From contig JAKPPS010000040.1 of NCBI GenBank assembly GCA_029547225.1, positions 42,796 through 106,795 on the forward strand: 64,000 bases of DNA. The letters are read 5' to 3'. Below, in pieces: positions 20,488-31,135 of the stretch; position 1 is the stretch's first letter; the number at the start of each line of letters is the position of its first letter. The notes under the pieces were generated by a model, which did not search any database, was not told the origin of the DNA, and worked only from the letters and a program-made list of their open reading frames with translations. Made by a program: the position numbers and the translations under genes. This DNA comes from a bacterium. Its GTDB lineage: Bacteria; Patescibacteriota; Dojkabacteria; SC72; WJKH01.

Positions 20488-21603
20488 ATGAAGAAAAAAG
20501 ACTTACTTAGAATAATACTAATTTGGGCATTTATTTTGCTGATTTATCTTTCGGTATTTCTTTTATCATTCTTCTTTTATAAAGATAAGGAAGATAATAA
20601 TGTAAATGAAGTAATTGAGACTAATGTATTATTCCCTTTAACTCGTAAAGAAAATTATAAGAATATATTCTGGATTGATGAAAAAACATTTAGCATTGCT
20701 AGTGAAATTAATCAAGAAATTAATACCGAAGAGATATTAAGTTATGACGAAAAATCTGATTTAGTAATTGATTTTTCAGATGCTGAGAATGGCTTTAATA
20801 ATGAAGAAGAATATATAATTTCAGATACGCTCAATAAAGCAAATAACACAACACTACTTGAAATCTATGATACTGATTCGAGAGAACTGATTAAAAAAAT
20901 AATCATAGATAATGCACAGATAGTTGGTATCAAAAATACTAATGAAATTGTAAATCTAAACGATGTTGGCAATATTTCTACTGATCGAGAAAATATTGTC
21001 GATTCAAATAGTCCCAAAAAAATTAGGGAGGGAATCGATGACTCATTAGAAGTTGAAGAAAACGTTTTTTCTGAAAATGTATTAATTATTTGTAATTATA
21101 AAAATAACATTAAAAATACGGAAAGTGATTTTGGAACAGAAATTGAGACAATTGTTTTAGAAACGAACATTTCAGATATTATTAATACCCAAGAGAAAGA
21201 AATAAAAATTTCAGAAGCAGAATCAGATATTAATGAATCAGAACCAAATCATGTTGATACTTTTCCTACTATCACAACTAAGTACGAAAGAAATAAATTT
21301 TTTGTTGTACCGACACTTAAAATTGATAAATGCTCAAATAATCTTATCTATCTATCATCGGCATATCCATTTCAGGAACAAAAGTATTATGAATATGATA
21401 CTGAAAATGACTCACTTAAAGAGATGACTGATAATACCTATAGTTTATCTGGTGAAAGCGAAATTAAAATAACCAAGAATCAAAACAGTCTATTTAATAT
21501 AAACAAATACAATGACATAAAAGAGTATAGAATCAATCAGCAGGAAAATCGTGTAGCACTAGTTTCTTCCGATGGTACTTTCTACATCTATATAAGAGAA
21601 TAA
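20488..21603 (+). CDS. Hypothetical membrane-anchored acidic/Asn-rich protein
   Basis: N-terminal TM after MKKK; long ORF directly downstream of the M23 gene. Confidence 0.7.
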   Translation: MKKKDLLRIILIWAFILLIYLSVFLLSFFFYKDKEDNNVNEVIETNVLFPLTRKENYKNIFWIDEKTFSIASEINQEINTEEILSYDEKSDLVIDFSDAENGFNNEEEYIISDTLNKANNTTLLEIYDTDSRELIKKIIIDNAQIVGIKNTNEIVNLNDVGNISTDRENIVDSNSPKKIREGIDDSLEVEENVFSENVLIICNYKNNIKNTESDFGTEIETIVLETNISDIINTQEKEIKISEAESDINESEPNHVDTFPTITTKYERNKFFVVPTLKIDKCSNNLIYLSSAYPFQEQKYYEYDTENDSLKEMTDNTYSLSGESEIKITKNQNSLFNINKYNDIKEYRINQQENRVALVSSDGTFYIYIRE

Positions 21604-21676
21604 GTGCCAAATAATTTGTATTCGATGCAAAAAGCAATGCTTAATAATTATAAAAATACGCTGTTGAAATAATCGT

Positions 21677-22852
21677 TTACTTAGTACTATTCTTACCAGA
21701 GATTGTATCTTTGAAATACAAGCTAATCTCTTGATACCATTTTGTTGAGCTATAAAGAGGAAATTTTACTGAAAGAAATGATTTATCGCTTACTTTCCTT
21801 TTTGCTTGAATTATTTTCCTCTCCTTAAGTGTATCAGGAAAATCAGCTATCGATTTTAAAAATGAACTAATAAATGCAAATATAACAAGTGGATACTTTC
21901 TAGTTATAGCTTGTTTTAAAGTCATAAGACATGTAGAGAGATAAAACATAGGAATCATATATACAAGCGTTCCGAATTGCATATTCTTTAACAATGGTCT
22001 TACCTTTCCTGAATAGTAAAGTTTAAAAGAGTTGTAGTATTTTCGATTATCTTTACGATTTGCTAATCCCGTATGAATTAGATAAGTCTTGTTATAAACC
22101 CAGTTCTCATAACCATATACATTTGCTCTTGTCGAGATATCATCATCATCTAAGTTGAATTTCTGCCTTTCATCAAAACCGCCAATATCTTGCCACACTT
22201 TTTTACTGCAAAAAATTTGCGAGAATGTTACAACACATCGATAACCACCCTCGATTGCCATGACATCTTTGATATTCAAGATTTTATTTCGCATTATTCC
22301 ATAAAATGAATAATAACTTCCGTACTGATTAGTTTCTCCAGACTCAAGTCTTTCTTTATCAACTAGTGGAATCAATAAATACGCAATTTTATCCTTGCCC
22401 CTATAGTACTCCAATAAATTATTAAAAATATTTTTATCAGTACAAATAATATCGTTATCAAAAAACATATAATAATCACCCGTGGCATTTAGGACTGCTC
22501 GATTTCTTGATTTTGGTATACCAAGATTTTCTGGGTTTTTATAATATACGATATCTACTTTATTCTTTTTGCTACTAGAACCTTTACTGGAACTTTTTTC
22601 ATGATCAGAAATAAATTTCTCTATCCACTCTCTACTACCATCTGTTGAGCCATCATCAACAAGAGAAATCTCATAATTTGGATAATCAAATTGAATAAAT
22701 TTCGGTAATGTTTCTTTGATATAATTCAAACCATTAAAATTGCATAAGATTATTGAAACACGAGGATAATTATTTGATTCACCCACTTCGCTTTTATTTG
22801 TGCTTTGTACATCTGTCATTTTCTTTGCATTGTTATTTTTCATGGATATCAT
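21677..22852 (-). CDS. Glycosyltransferase family 2
   Basis: VSIILCNFNG, VDDGSTDGS, FFDND, GGFDE. Confidence 0.92.
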   Translation of the reverse strand: MISMKNNNAKKMTDVQSTNKSEVGESNNYPRVSIILCNFNGLNYIKETLPKFIQFDYPNYEISLVDDGSTDGSREWIEKFISDHEKSSSKGSSSKKNKVDIVYYKNPENLGIPKSRNRAVLNATGDYYMFFDNDIICTDKNIFNNLLEYYRGKDKIAYLLIPLVDKERLESGETNQYGSYYSFYGIMRNKILNIKDVMAIEGGYRCVVTFSQIFCSKKVWQDIGGFDERQKFNLDDDDISTRANVYGYENWVYNKTYLIHTGLANRKDNRKYYNSFKLYYSGKVRPLLKNMQFGTLVYMIPMFYLSTCLMTLKQAITRKYPLVIFAFISSFLKSIADFPDTLKERKIIQAKRKVSDKSFLSVKFPLYSSTKWYQEISLYFKDTISGKNSTK

Positions 22853-22925
22853 TATTTCTTATTAAATTCCATACTTTATTTTAATTTATGAAATAATTCC
22901 AAAATTCATATCAAGTAGATGGTCA

Positions 22926-23966
22926 CTATGATTTTCGTTTGACAATTTTTAGCTCAATCTCTTCATGAGGGCTATTATTTATATATCCATATAAATGACT
23001 TAAATCCATTTCATAACCTTGATTCCATAAATCTAAAAGATAATTTGTATCAATGTTACCACTTCTATTCACATTAAACTTATCTTGTTGAACCTTATTA
23101 ATTGGCATATTTACTAATTTCGACTTCTTATATGCAACCGCAATCTTATGGGAATAAAGTGATGAATATAGTGAGTTTAAATAATATTCATATACATTGG
23201 GAGATGTATAATCAGTATTATGCGAAAGCAATAAAATTTCTTGGAAATCAAATATTGAGCCGTCTACAGATATACTGTAAGCCCAGTCTGCAACTCCATC
23301 TTTCCATTGCCAGAATAATTTATCATCTATCTTGGTATATTTCTTAAATAGATTATTATCTAATAATTTATTCGTTTTAGATTCACAATCCATTGTATAT
23401 GAATATGTTGTATTTGCACCTAAACGTAAAGTCGGCGTAAACACATTGAGTGGTAAATTTTTGACATCAGCATAATCAAATGATTCCGTAAGAACAATAT
23501 CGTCAACAAAAAAAATTATATTTTCAGTGCTAATACTATCAAGTGCTTGCAGATAATCTTCTCTAAAGGATTCCTTGGATTTCTGCAAAATTGGGACTAT
23601 TTCTAAATTAGAAAATTTGGAGAAAACTTCGTGATATGCAGCCTGATGCTTATCGTTTGATGCCCGATAAAAAATATAAATCGGCATTTTTGTAACAAAT
23701 TTCTCATCGATACTTTTAATCAAACTGTACAATTGGAAAGCGCGATCAAATGAAAAAATAAATCCTACTATTTCGTTTTTGTTTTGCATATTATTGATAA
23801 CTTTATTAACTGGTAACTGATAAAGAGAAATTAGCATATCTTGCTGTAATATCTTCTCCTCTCTTTCAACTCTATGCTTATACGATTTGTATATTTTGGT
23901 CTTTGTGTAATCTATATGTAATGATTTTAGAATAGTACCAACAAAGCGGCGTAATTTTCTTAACAT
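22926..23966 (-). CDS. Putative GT-A fold glycosyltransferase
   Basis: IFSFDRAFQL, FFVDD (DxD-like), LRLG, SPNVYE; lies inside the glycan locus. Confidence 0.6.
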   Translation of the reverse strand: MLRKLRRFVGTILKSLHIDYTKTKIYKSYKHRVEREEKILQQDMLISLYQLPVNKVINNMQNKNEIVGFIFSFDRAFQLYSLIKSIDEKFVTKMPIYIFYRASNDKHQAAYHEVFSKFSNLEIVPILQKSKESFREDYLQALDSISTENIIFFVDDIVLTESFDYADVKNLPLNVFTPTLRLGANTTYSYTMDCESKTNKLLDNNLFKKYTKIDDKLFWQWKDGVADWAYSISVDGSIFDFQEILLLSHNTDYTSPNVYEYYLNSLYSSLYSHKIAVAYKKSKLVNMPINKVQQDKFNVNRSGNIDTNYLLDLWNQGYEMDLSHLYGYINNSPHEEIELKIVKRKS

Positions 23967-23976
23967 GTAAACCTAT

Positions 23977-25227
23977 TTATAACTTATTCTTCGAATTTGA
24001 ATTGACCAGTGAAAGGTATAACTTTTCATAGTCGCTTGATATTTTATCCCAAGTAAAGAAATTTTTCCATTGTTCATAACCCTTGTTACTCAACTTTTGC
24101 AATAGTTTTCTGTCATTATATAATTGTTCTATCATCTTCGCACAAGCATTTATATCAATAGTAGCATAACCTTTTGCAGATTTAGTTGTCGGAATAATCA
24201 TTCCTCCACCAGTCCACGATGCAACCTCAGAAGCATTTCCAACATCAGAGCTTAAAAAGGCAGTATGAGAGGCATTGGCTTCATATAAAACTAACGGAGA
24301 TGCCTCAATATTCGAGGGAAAAAGAAAAAGATCCGCTTCTCTATTGGTATCAGCAAGAAGCTTATCATGTAAATAAGTAAGAATTATCCGCTTTTTTTTA
24401 TTAAAGATTTTAAAATAGAAATTCGCAAGTTTTGCTCTCAATTTGCACTTCCATTCACAATTATTCCGAAAAAAGTAAACAATTGATCTTAACGATTTTA
24501 GAGGATTTAATGATAAAGATAATTTTACAGTTGATTTACCAGTTAGTACAAAAACTGAATTTGAAATATTTGCTTTTACAAAAGATTGTATTGCTTCTCG
24601 ATGACCTTTTGCGTTTGTATGATTTCCTGCATGTAATATCAAAAAAGTATTCATATCCAATCCATTCTTTTTTTTAAATGAATACTCAACAGGAGTATCA
24701 TATAATTTTTCATCTGCCCCATTTGGAATAATAGTAATATTCTTTACTTTATTTGTTCGCGCGAAAGTAACGTCTTGATAAATATTTGATTGGAAAATAT
24801 TAGCATCATATTTGTTTAACCAGTCCGGCATATTAGAAAAATATTCTTTATACTCTTTCAACCTTAATCCAGAAAAGCCAGTAGGACAAGAGACTTTCTT
24901 AGATCCGATATTATCAAGTAAATCTAATACCAGGTCTGAAGCCCATTGCTGCATTGCAAAATTGCACATCACATCATATTCTTGCTTTAAAATAAACTCA
25001 CGATATCGTTCTACCTCGCCTGATATTCCATGTACTAAATTGCCTTTTATATCAAACTGTTTCACGAATACACCATTGATTTCTCCATCCTGACGACCTT
25101 CGACTTTGCATGTTGCAATAGTGACTTGATGGCCTTTTTGAACTAGTCGTTCAGATATTTGTTTCACGACCATATACATTCCCCCACCAGTTGGTGAGTA
25201 GTCTTGAACTGTATGAAGTATTCTCAT
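23977..25227 (-). CDS. Glycosyltransferase family 4
   Basis: GGGMY..SERLVQKGHQV, IPNG, KGH, LFPSNIEASPLVLYEA. Confidence 0.92.
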   Translation of the reverse strand: MRILHTVQDYSPTGGGMYMVVKQISERLVQKGHQVTIATCKVEGRQDGEINGVFVKQFDIKGNLVHGISGEVERYREFILKQEYDVMCNFAMQQWASDLVLDLLDNIGSKKVSCPTGFSGLRLKEYKEYFSNMPDWLNKYDANIFQSNIYQDVTFARTNKVKNITIIPNGADEKLYDTPVEYSFKKKNGLDMNTFLILHAGNHTNAKGHREAIQSFVKANISNSVFVLTGKSTVKLSLSLNPLKSLRSIVYFFRNNCEWKCKLRAKLANFYFKIFNKKKRIILTYLHDKLLADTNREADLFLFPSNIEASPLVLYEANASHTAFLSSDVGNASEVASWTGGGMIIPTTKSAKGYATIDINACAKMIEQLYNDRKLLQKLSNKGYEQWKNFFTWDKISSDYEKLYLSLVNSNSKNKL

Positions 25228-26162
25228 TTTGATCTTATTCTTCTATTTAAAATCTTATGTTTAAATTGAGAAAGCCTTGCCCGAGCAAGTTTTATTTTCA
25301 AGTCAGATCTGTATTTATTTATAAATTCTAACTGTACGTTTAGGAGATTTTTAAAAGTAATAATTCTCTGTGTTGAAAAAAGTTTTGAGATATCAACTGT
25401 ACTACGCATTGAATTCTGTGAATCATAAGTATAGTTAAGCATAGGATCATCGATCACAAACCAATCTGTAAACATTGATATTTTAACCCAAGTTGTAAAA
25501 TCCTCAACTCCTCTAGCTGATATTTCCTCTGGCATTCCCTTAACATCTTCAAATAATTTTCGTGAGACAATAACTGAACTTGTTATTATTGGATTCTCAT
25601 TTTTTAAAGACGTTAAGAAATGATAATCAAAAATGTATGATGTATACCCTACACTTTTAACGCCACCAGATACTGTCTCATCATGGACGAAAAAGAACTT
25701 GCTTTTATGATCAGCTTTGAGATTAATATATTTCCCATGGTTTTCACCATTTGAAGATATTGTGTTAGCATTGGTTGCGACAGCTTCTATTGATCGATTG
25801 TCATTGCTCGATTCATAAATAAATGCCATCTGTATTTCAAGCTTGTTAGGTAACCAATAATCATCACTATCTAAAAATGCAATCCACTTACCACTAGATT
25901 TTTCAAACGCTCGGTTACGAGGTACAGCAGGTGTTTTACTGTTATTCTTTAATTCTAGCAAGATAATATTCTCATGTTTATCAGCATACTTTTGGACTAT
26001 TTCTACTGTTTCATCAGTACTTCCATCATCTGCCACTATTATTTCATAATCTTTATATGTTTGATTAAGTACTGATTCGAGGCATTTACCGATTGTATTC
26101 TGGCGATTCCAAGTTGGGATTATCACTGAAACCATTGGTGTTTTCATACCTAAGGATACCAT
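25224..26162 (-). CDS. Glycosyltransferase family 2 (start probably ATG 26147)
   Basis: VSVIIPTWNR, DDGSTD, AFLDSDDYW, VEDF. Confidence 0.93.
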   Translation of the reverse strand: MVSLGMKTPMVSVIIPTWNRQNTIGKCLESVLNQTYKDYEIIVADDGSTDETVEIVQKYADKHENIILLELKNNSKTPAVPRNRAFEKSSGKWIAFLDSDDYWLPNKLEIQMAFIYESSNDNRSIEAVATNANTISSNGENHGKYINLKADHKSKFFFVHDETVSGGVKSVGYTSYIFDYHFLTSLKNENPIITSSVIVSRKLFEDVKGMPEEISARGVEDFTTWVKISMFTDWFVIDDPMLNYTYDSQNSMRSTVDISKLFSTQRIITFKNLLNVQLEFINKYRSDLKIKLARARLSQFKHKILNRRIRSK

Positions 26163-26313
26163 ATCTGATGCAAATACGGAAATCCAAAGGCTCGGTTAAA
26201 ATGTTTAAGATATTTCCTTTCGTACAAAAGGTAAAATAACTGTAGTAAGCTCGGGTAGTCATGGTTAGTGATACTTGGAACGCAATTAGGTTGGTGGCAT
26301 ACCATAAAAAAAA

Positions 26314-27681
26314 CTAACCCACCTCAACAATACCTCGTCGTTCTCCAGGGACTAAATCATTGCGTGTATCCCATTCAATTATTGGTCCCAACATACCCGG
26401 TCTTTTTGCCATCCAATATGGCGATTTACTCAATCCGCCCTGTATGCTTAGATTGATATGCGCTGGAGTTACTCCTGGCTCCGATAACCATTTCCGCCAA
26501 TGTAAAGAAGATATTAGTTCTATGCGATATTCGCCTTCATTAAAAAGATGCTTTGGAAGTTTACTAATAAAAGTTACATTACCTTGCTTAAACTTTGGCC
26601 ATTTTTCCTCCTCTGTATCTGTATGATAAGTCCAATATAATAATTGGTTGTCAGCAGTATATATCGCATAACCTACTGTCAAAGCAGGATCGATCGTCTT
26701 GATACTTCCTGAAATACTGATATAGAAATCGGTATCATTAGATACAGGCATGTTTAAAGCCTTTCCATTTTTGTCCGTAATTGCAATACGCGTTGGACTG
26801 AACCATTCATTGAGCAGGTTTCTGTTAATTTCACTATCATCATACATCCATTCTGATGGCAGATTTCCATTATCGAGAGTATTAAAATAGCTCTTGATCA
26901 CAGACCTAACATCAGTACTATCCATCTTGATCTGACCTTTATCTAGCAAAATACACCTGTTACATAACTGCTCAATAGCGCCCATGTTATGACTTACAAA
27001 TATGACTGTGCGTCCATTGCTGCTTACATCTTTCATCTTGCCAAGACATTTTTTTTGAAATGCTGCATCACCTACCGCCAAAACCTCATCTACTATAAGT
27101 ATTTCTGGTTCAAGATGAGCAGCTACAGCAAAAGCTAATCTTACATACATACCCGAAGAATATCTTTTGACCGGAGTATCAAGGAATTTCTCTACCTCAG
27201 CAAATGATACTATCTCATCAAACTTAGATTTGATTTCTTTTCGAGACATACCAAGTATCGCACCGTTTAGATAGATATTTTCACGACCTGTTAATTCTGG
27301 ATGAAAACCAGTACCTACTTCTAATAGACTCGCTACTCGCCCGGAGATAGAAATACGGCCACTTGTTGGTTCTGTTATCCTACTAAGCATTTTTAATATT
27401 GTTGATTTACCTGCACCATTACGACCAATAATGCCTAATCTTTCGCCATCATTTACATTAAAAGTCACATCCTTAACTGCCCAAAATTCGTTTTCTTTTT
27501 CCTGGTTAGATTTTCTTGATTTGGTTAATGATTTAACTTTTGTATTCAGCAATTCTCTAAAAGAAGATGATGCCTTAGCACCTAAAATATATTTTTTTGA
27601 AAGCTTTTCTACTTTTATTACGGTTTGATCTCCCAAAATATTATTATCAATTTTGTTATTGTGATTAGATGACATCGGCAA
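26314..27681 (-). CDS. wzt: Polysaccharide ABC exporter ATPase with C-terminal carbohydrate-binding (Wzt_C) domain
   Basis: GRNGAGKST, YSSGMYVRLAF, VDEVLAVGD, ~200-aa C-terminal domain. Confidence 0.93.
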   Translation of the reverse strand: MPMSSNHNNKIDNNILGDQTVIKVEKLSKKYILGAKASSSFRELLNTKVKSLTKSRKSNQEKENEFWAVKDVTFNVNDGERLGIIGRNGAGKSTILKMLSRITEPTSGRISISGRVASLLEVGTGFHPELTGRENIYLNGAILGMSRKEIKSKFDEIVSFAEVEKFLDTPVKRYSSGMYVRLAFAVAAHLEPEILIVDEVLAVGDAAFQKKCLGKMKDVSSNGRTVIFVSHNMGAIEQLCNRCILLDKGQIKMDSTDVRSVIKSYFNTLDNGNLPSEWMYDDSEINRNLLNEWFSPTRIAITDKNGKALNMPVSNDTDFYISISGSIKTIDPALTVGYAIYTADNQLLYWTYHTDTEEEKWPKFKQGNVTFISKLPKHLFNEGEYRIELISSLHWRKWLSEPGVTPAHINLSIQGGLSKSPYWMAKRPGMLGPIIEWDTRNDLVPGERRGIVEVG

Positions 27682-28507
27682 ACTCCTTTTCTGTTTTCCT
27701 AAAATAAGACAAACCTATTGTAAATATCACCAAGGACATAAGTATAGCAAGTGCAATTCCTGGTATGAATAATTCCTGGTCTGTACGCAACAATGACCAT
27801 CTAAAACCATCTATCACCCCTGCCATCGGATTTAGATAATATAACAACCTGAAATTCTCAGGGATATTTGTGCTGGCAAATCCTACTGGTGAAATATATA
27901 ACCCAAATTGAACAATAAATGGCACAACAAATCTAAAATCTCGATATTTGACATTGAGTGCAGATATAAAATAGCTTGCTCCCAATGTTGTGACTAACGC
28001 GATAATAAAGAACAAAGGCATAAATACAATGTTCATTGTAGGGAAATAATTGTAGTATATCATCAACACAAAGAGTATTAAGAATGCAATTGCCGTGTCA
28101 AGAATATTGACAACTATAGTTGAAGTTGGCACGATTATCCTTGGAAAATAGATTTTTGAAAGCATGTTTGAGTTTGCAATAAGTGAATTACTACCTTCTG
28201 AAAACGAATTTGCAAAAAAATTCCAAGGCAGCAAGGCAGAATATACGAGAATCGGATAAGGTATGTTTTCTGAAGGCAATCCAGCTAATTTGCCAAAAAT
28301 AACTGTAAGTACAATCATTGTAATGACTGGACGCAAAATGCTCCATGCTACTCCAATAATTGTCTGTTTATATCTGACTAAAATATCTCTCCATGCAAGA
28401 AAAATAAATAATTCACGATATGTCCACAGGTCTCTCCAGTAATATTTACCGCTTTTATTTGCCTCTATGACAGTCATCTTGACATTTGTATTGTCTTTCT
28501 TCTCCAT
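27665..28507 (-). CDS. wzm: Polysaccharide ABC exporter permease
   Basis: RDILVRYKQTIIGVAW, KIYFPR, YRDFR, LNPM. Confidence 0.93.
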   Translation of the reverse strand: MEKKDNTNVKMTVIEANKSGKYYWRDLWTYRELFIFLAWRDILVRYKQTIIGVAWSILRPVITMIVLTVIFGKLAGLPSENIPYPILVYSALLPWNFFANSFSEGSNSLIANSNMLSKIYFPRIIVPTSTIVVNILDTAIAFLILFVLMIYYNYFPTMNIVFMPLFFIIALVTTLGASYFISALNVKYRDFRFVVPFIVQFGLYISPVGFASTNIPENFRLLYYLNPMAGVIDGFRWSLLRTDQELFIPGIALAILMSLVIFTIGLSYFRKTEKEFADVI

Positions 28508-28574
28508 TAATCTAAATCTCGACTTACAAAGTTATAATAAGGAATTATACAGCTAAAGTTGAAAGTTGAAAATG

Positions 28575-29603
28575 TCAAAAACGATATTTATCCAATAACT
28601 GATATTTTATTTCTCTAACTGCATTTTGAGCTTTTAAAGGTAAAAACGAAGCTAAAACTAATTTTCGAACAGCTTCAATCTCTTTTTTGCATTCTTTGAT
28701 ATCAGTAACCTCGTTACTGGCACAATTTGAATATTTTTTAATAAATGCTTTAGCTTTACCCTTAAACTCTTTAGTTTTATTTGTAAGGAAAAGAAATTTT
28801 ATATTATTAAAATCTGTATCCCGCTCAGTATCCTTGTTTGCAATAACTGATTTTTTGAGCTTCTCAACATCAAAGTTTTCATAATTATCTACACCTGTAA
28901 TCTGCTTAGTTTCATATATTTTTTTTATCTCTTCTTTGATTGCTTTTTGTAATGCAAATTTAGAAGCACTAACAGAAGTCGGAATAAATCTATATTTAAG
29001 AAGATATTCTGGCAGAGTATCTATAACCTTGCCCTGACTAATCAATTGCAAATACATATCATAATCCTCACAATACTGTGCCTTAGCACGATACTTAACT
29101 AAACCATCATTTCTAAACATAATCGAAGGGTGTATTGGAGCAATACCTTGTACTATCCGCGTATGATAATTGCGTCTACTCATATTGACTCTGATTTTAC
29201 GAAGTTGAAATCCATTTTCGTCTATTGCATAAGCCCAAGTACCTAACAAATATATATCACGATTTGATTCTAGATATCGAAATTGATTTAATAATCTGTC
29301 GGGAAGAGAAATATCATCTGCATCCATGCGTGCAATATATTGCCCTTTTGCTTTTTCAAGGCCTGTATTAAGTGCATTAACCAAGCCTTTATTAGGAATA
29401 ATATCTATAGGTACAACTCGATGATCAATTTTAGCAAATCGTTTAATAATTTCTGGAGATTTATCAGTTGATCCATCATTTATTAATAAAAGTTCAAAGT
29501 CAATTAATGTTTGATCTAATATTGAACGGACTGCCTCCTCGAGATATTCTTGCGCATTGTAAACAGGTAAAATAACACTTACCTTTGGTGAGTTACTGTT
29601 CAT
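28575..29603 (-). CDS. Glycosyltransferase family 2
   Basis: VSVILPVYN, NDGSTD, ARMDADD, EDYD. Confidence 0.93.
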   Translation of the reverse strand: MNSNSPKVSVILPVYNAQEYLEEAVRSILDQTLIDFELLLINDGSTDKSPEIIKRFAKIDHRVVPIDIIPNKGLVNALNTGLEKAKGQYIARMDADDISLPDRLLNQFRYLESNRDIYLLGTWAYAIDENGFQLRKIRVNMSRRNYHTRIVQGIAPIHPSIMFRNDGLVKYRAKAQYCEDYDMYLQLISQGKVIDTLPEYLLKYRFIPTSVSASKFALQKAIKEEIKKIYETKQITGVDNYENFDVEKLKKSVIANKDTERDTDFNNIKFLFLTNKTKEFKGKAKAFIKKYSNCASNEVTDIKECKKEIEAVRKLVLASFLPLKAQNAVREIKYQLLDKYRF

Positions 29604-29623
29604 AGTTTGAATACTAATCGAAA

Positions 29624-31045
29624 TTACTTACGCTTGTATCTTAGTTTAACATATAAATAATAAAAATTCTTTATGATTCTAAAAATATCAAAAGCCCTTA
29701 TGAAACTGAGAAATAATCCTCTCGAATGAGTAAAAAATGCTGGTAGAATAAAACCTGATACGGACTGTGCGATAATCATTGAAATTGCTCCTCCTACAAT
29801 ACCAACCTTCGGTATCAATATAACTGAACAGACATATCCTATCAATAAACCAATTATTGTTTGTAAGATTGTAACCTTAGTTTTGTTTTCTATTACATTA
29901 TATTCAGAGAAAATCATACCTGTTACTATAAATACGCCATTCCACGTGATTAATTTTAGTGCAGGCAAAGCAGTCATATATTCATCTCCAAACAAAATTT
30001 TAATGATAAAACCACCTGCTACAGTAAAGAAAATCGACGCAAAAATACTTATCCATACTAATACATCTAAAATATTTTGTATTCTTCGCCAATATAGATT
30101 TTTATCTGTCTTTTTTGCCAATATCAATGACGGAACAACCGATGATAATATCGCCGAAGGCACAAAAAGCCATATCTCAGAGAGTTTAATTGATACTCCA
30201 TAAATACCCAAATCTTGTGGCGTTAGTTTATCTCCTATAACTAACTGATCAATCCTTGAATAGATAGCAACAAAAATAGCTGATATTAGTAAGGGAAGAC
30301 CTTGCAACAATAAGTATTTTGCGCATGATTTATCGTATTTCCAAAAGAGTATTTTTTGTTTAGAAATACGAAACTGAATAATTAGTAAAACAGTTGCTAT
30401 TACCGTTTCAATAAAAAGTATTATTGCAAAGTAAATCAGGCCTTTGCTTGTTAATATGATTAGTACCTTTAAAGCACTCATTACTAAAAAGGCAATTGAT
30501 CTGGCTATAACAACATACTTAGACGCCACTTTGGATTGATACCAGAAATCAATAACATCAAAAGAGCTCAGAATATACCTAGATGAAAGGATAATAATTA
30601 TTGGCAATAATACAAAATCTAACTGTGGGTTTGTAGCTATTTTGTAATATGTGAAAATAGTTGAAAGAGCTATAACTACAAAACCACCGACAAGTTTAAT
30701 TACAAATGCTGTACCCAAAATAGTATTGCTTTCTTTGCTAATCCTATTATTAATCTCTTTTTCTTCAGTAAATTTATTTGAAGGAACAATTTTCTGAGTT
30801 ATATCACGAATAATTATGCTATCTAATCCAAGAAAAGAAAATACGGAAAAGATCCCAATAATCACTAAAGCGTAGTTGAAAATTCCCATATCGCTAGGTC
30901 CCAGGTACCGTGCCATCCACGCTGATAAAAACACATTGACTAGTAGTTGTACTATCCTATTTGCCAATAGCCAGAATGTGTTTGGCAATACTTTCCTGAT
31001 TAAAGGTCTTTCAGAGAGATAGTTTAGAAATGGGTCTTTGCTCAT
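29624..31045 (-). CDS. wzx: Wzx-type polysaccharide flippase
   Basis: NTFWL..ARYLGP..G, IYSRIDQLVI, ~12-14 TM. Confidence 0.9.
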   Translation of the reverse strand: MSKDPFLNYLSERPLIRKVLPNTFWLLANRIVQLLVNVFLSAWMARYLGPSDMGIFNYALVIIGIFSVFSFLGLDSIIIRDITQKIVPSNKFTEEKEINNRISKESNTILGTAFVIKLVGGFVVIALSTIFTYYKIATNPQLDFVLLPIIIILSSRYILSSFDVIDFWYQSKVASKYVVIARSIAFLVMSALKVLIILTSKGLIYFAIILFIETVIATVLLIIQFRISKQKILFWKYDKSCAKYLLLQGLPLLISAIFVAIYSRIDQLVIGDKLTPQDLGIYGVSIKLSEIWLFVPSAILSSVVPSLILAKKTDKNLYWRRIQNILDVLVWISIFASIFFTVAGGFIIKILFGDEYMTALPALKLITWNGVFIVTGMIFSEYNVIENKTKVTILQTIIGLLIGYVCSVILIPKVGIVGGAISMIIAQSVSGFILPAFFTHSRGLFLSFIRAFDIFRIIKNFYYLYVKLRYKRK

Positions 31046-31135
31046 CTCTTTATTTTATCACAATTTTCAATATCCTTTGATTCAAATAAACTTCAAAGCC
31101 AAAACGTATTCAGAAATTCCACATAATTAGAAACA

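Noticed and set aside
26150..26305. Possible 51-aa ORF (MVCHQPNCVPS...) between wzt and a GT2 gene, after a T-run
   Set aside because: No recognisable family in any frame; cannot be distinguished from chance
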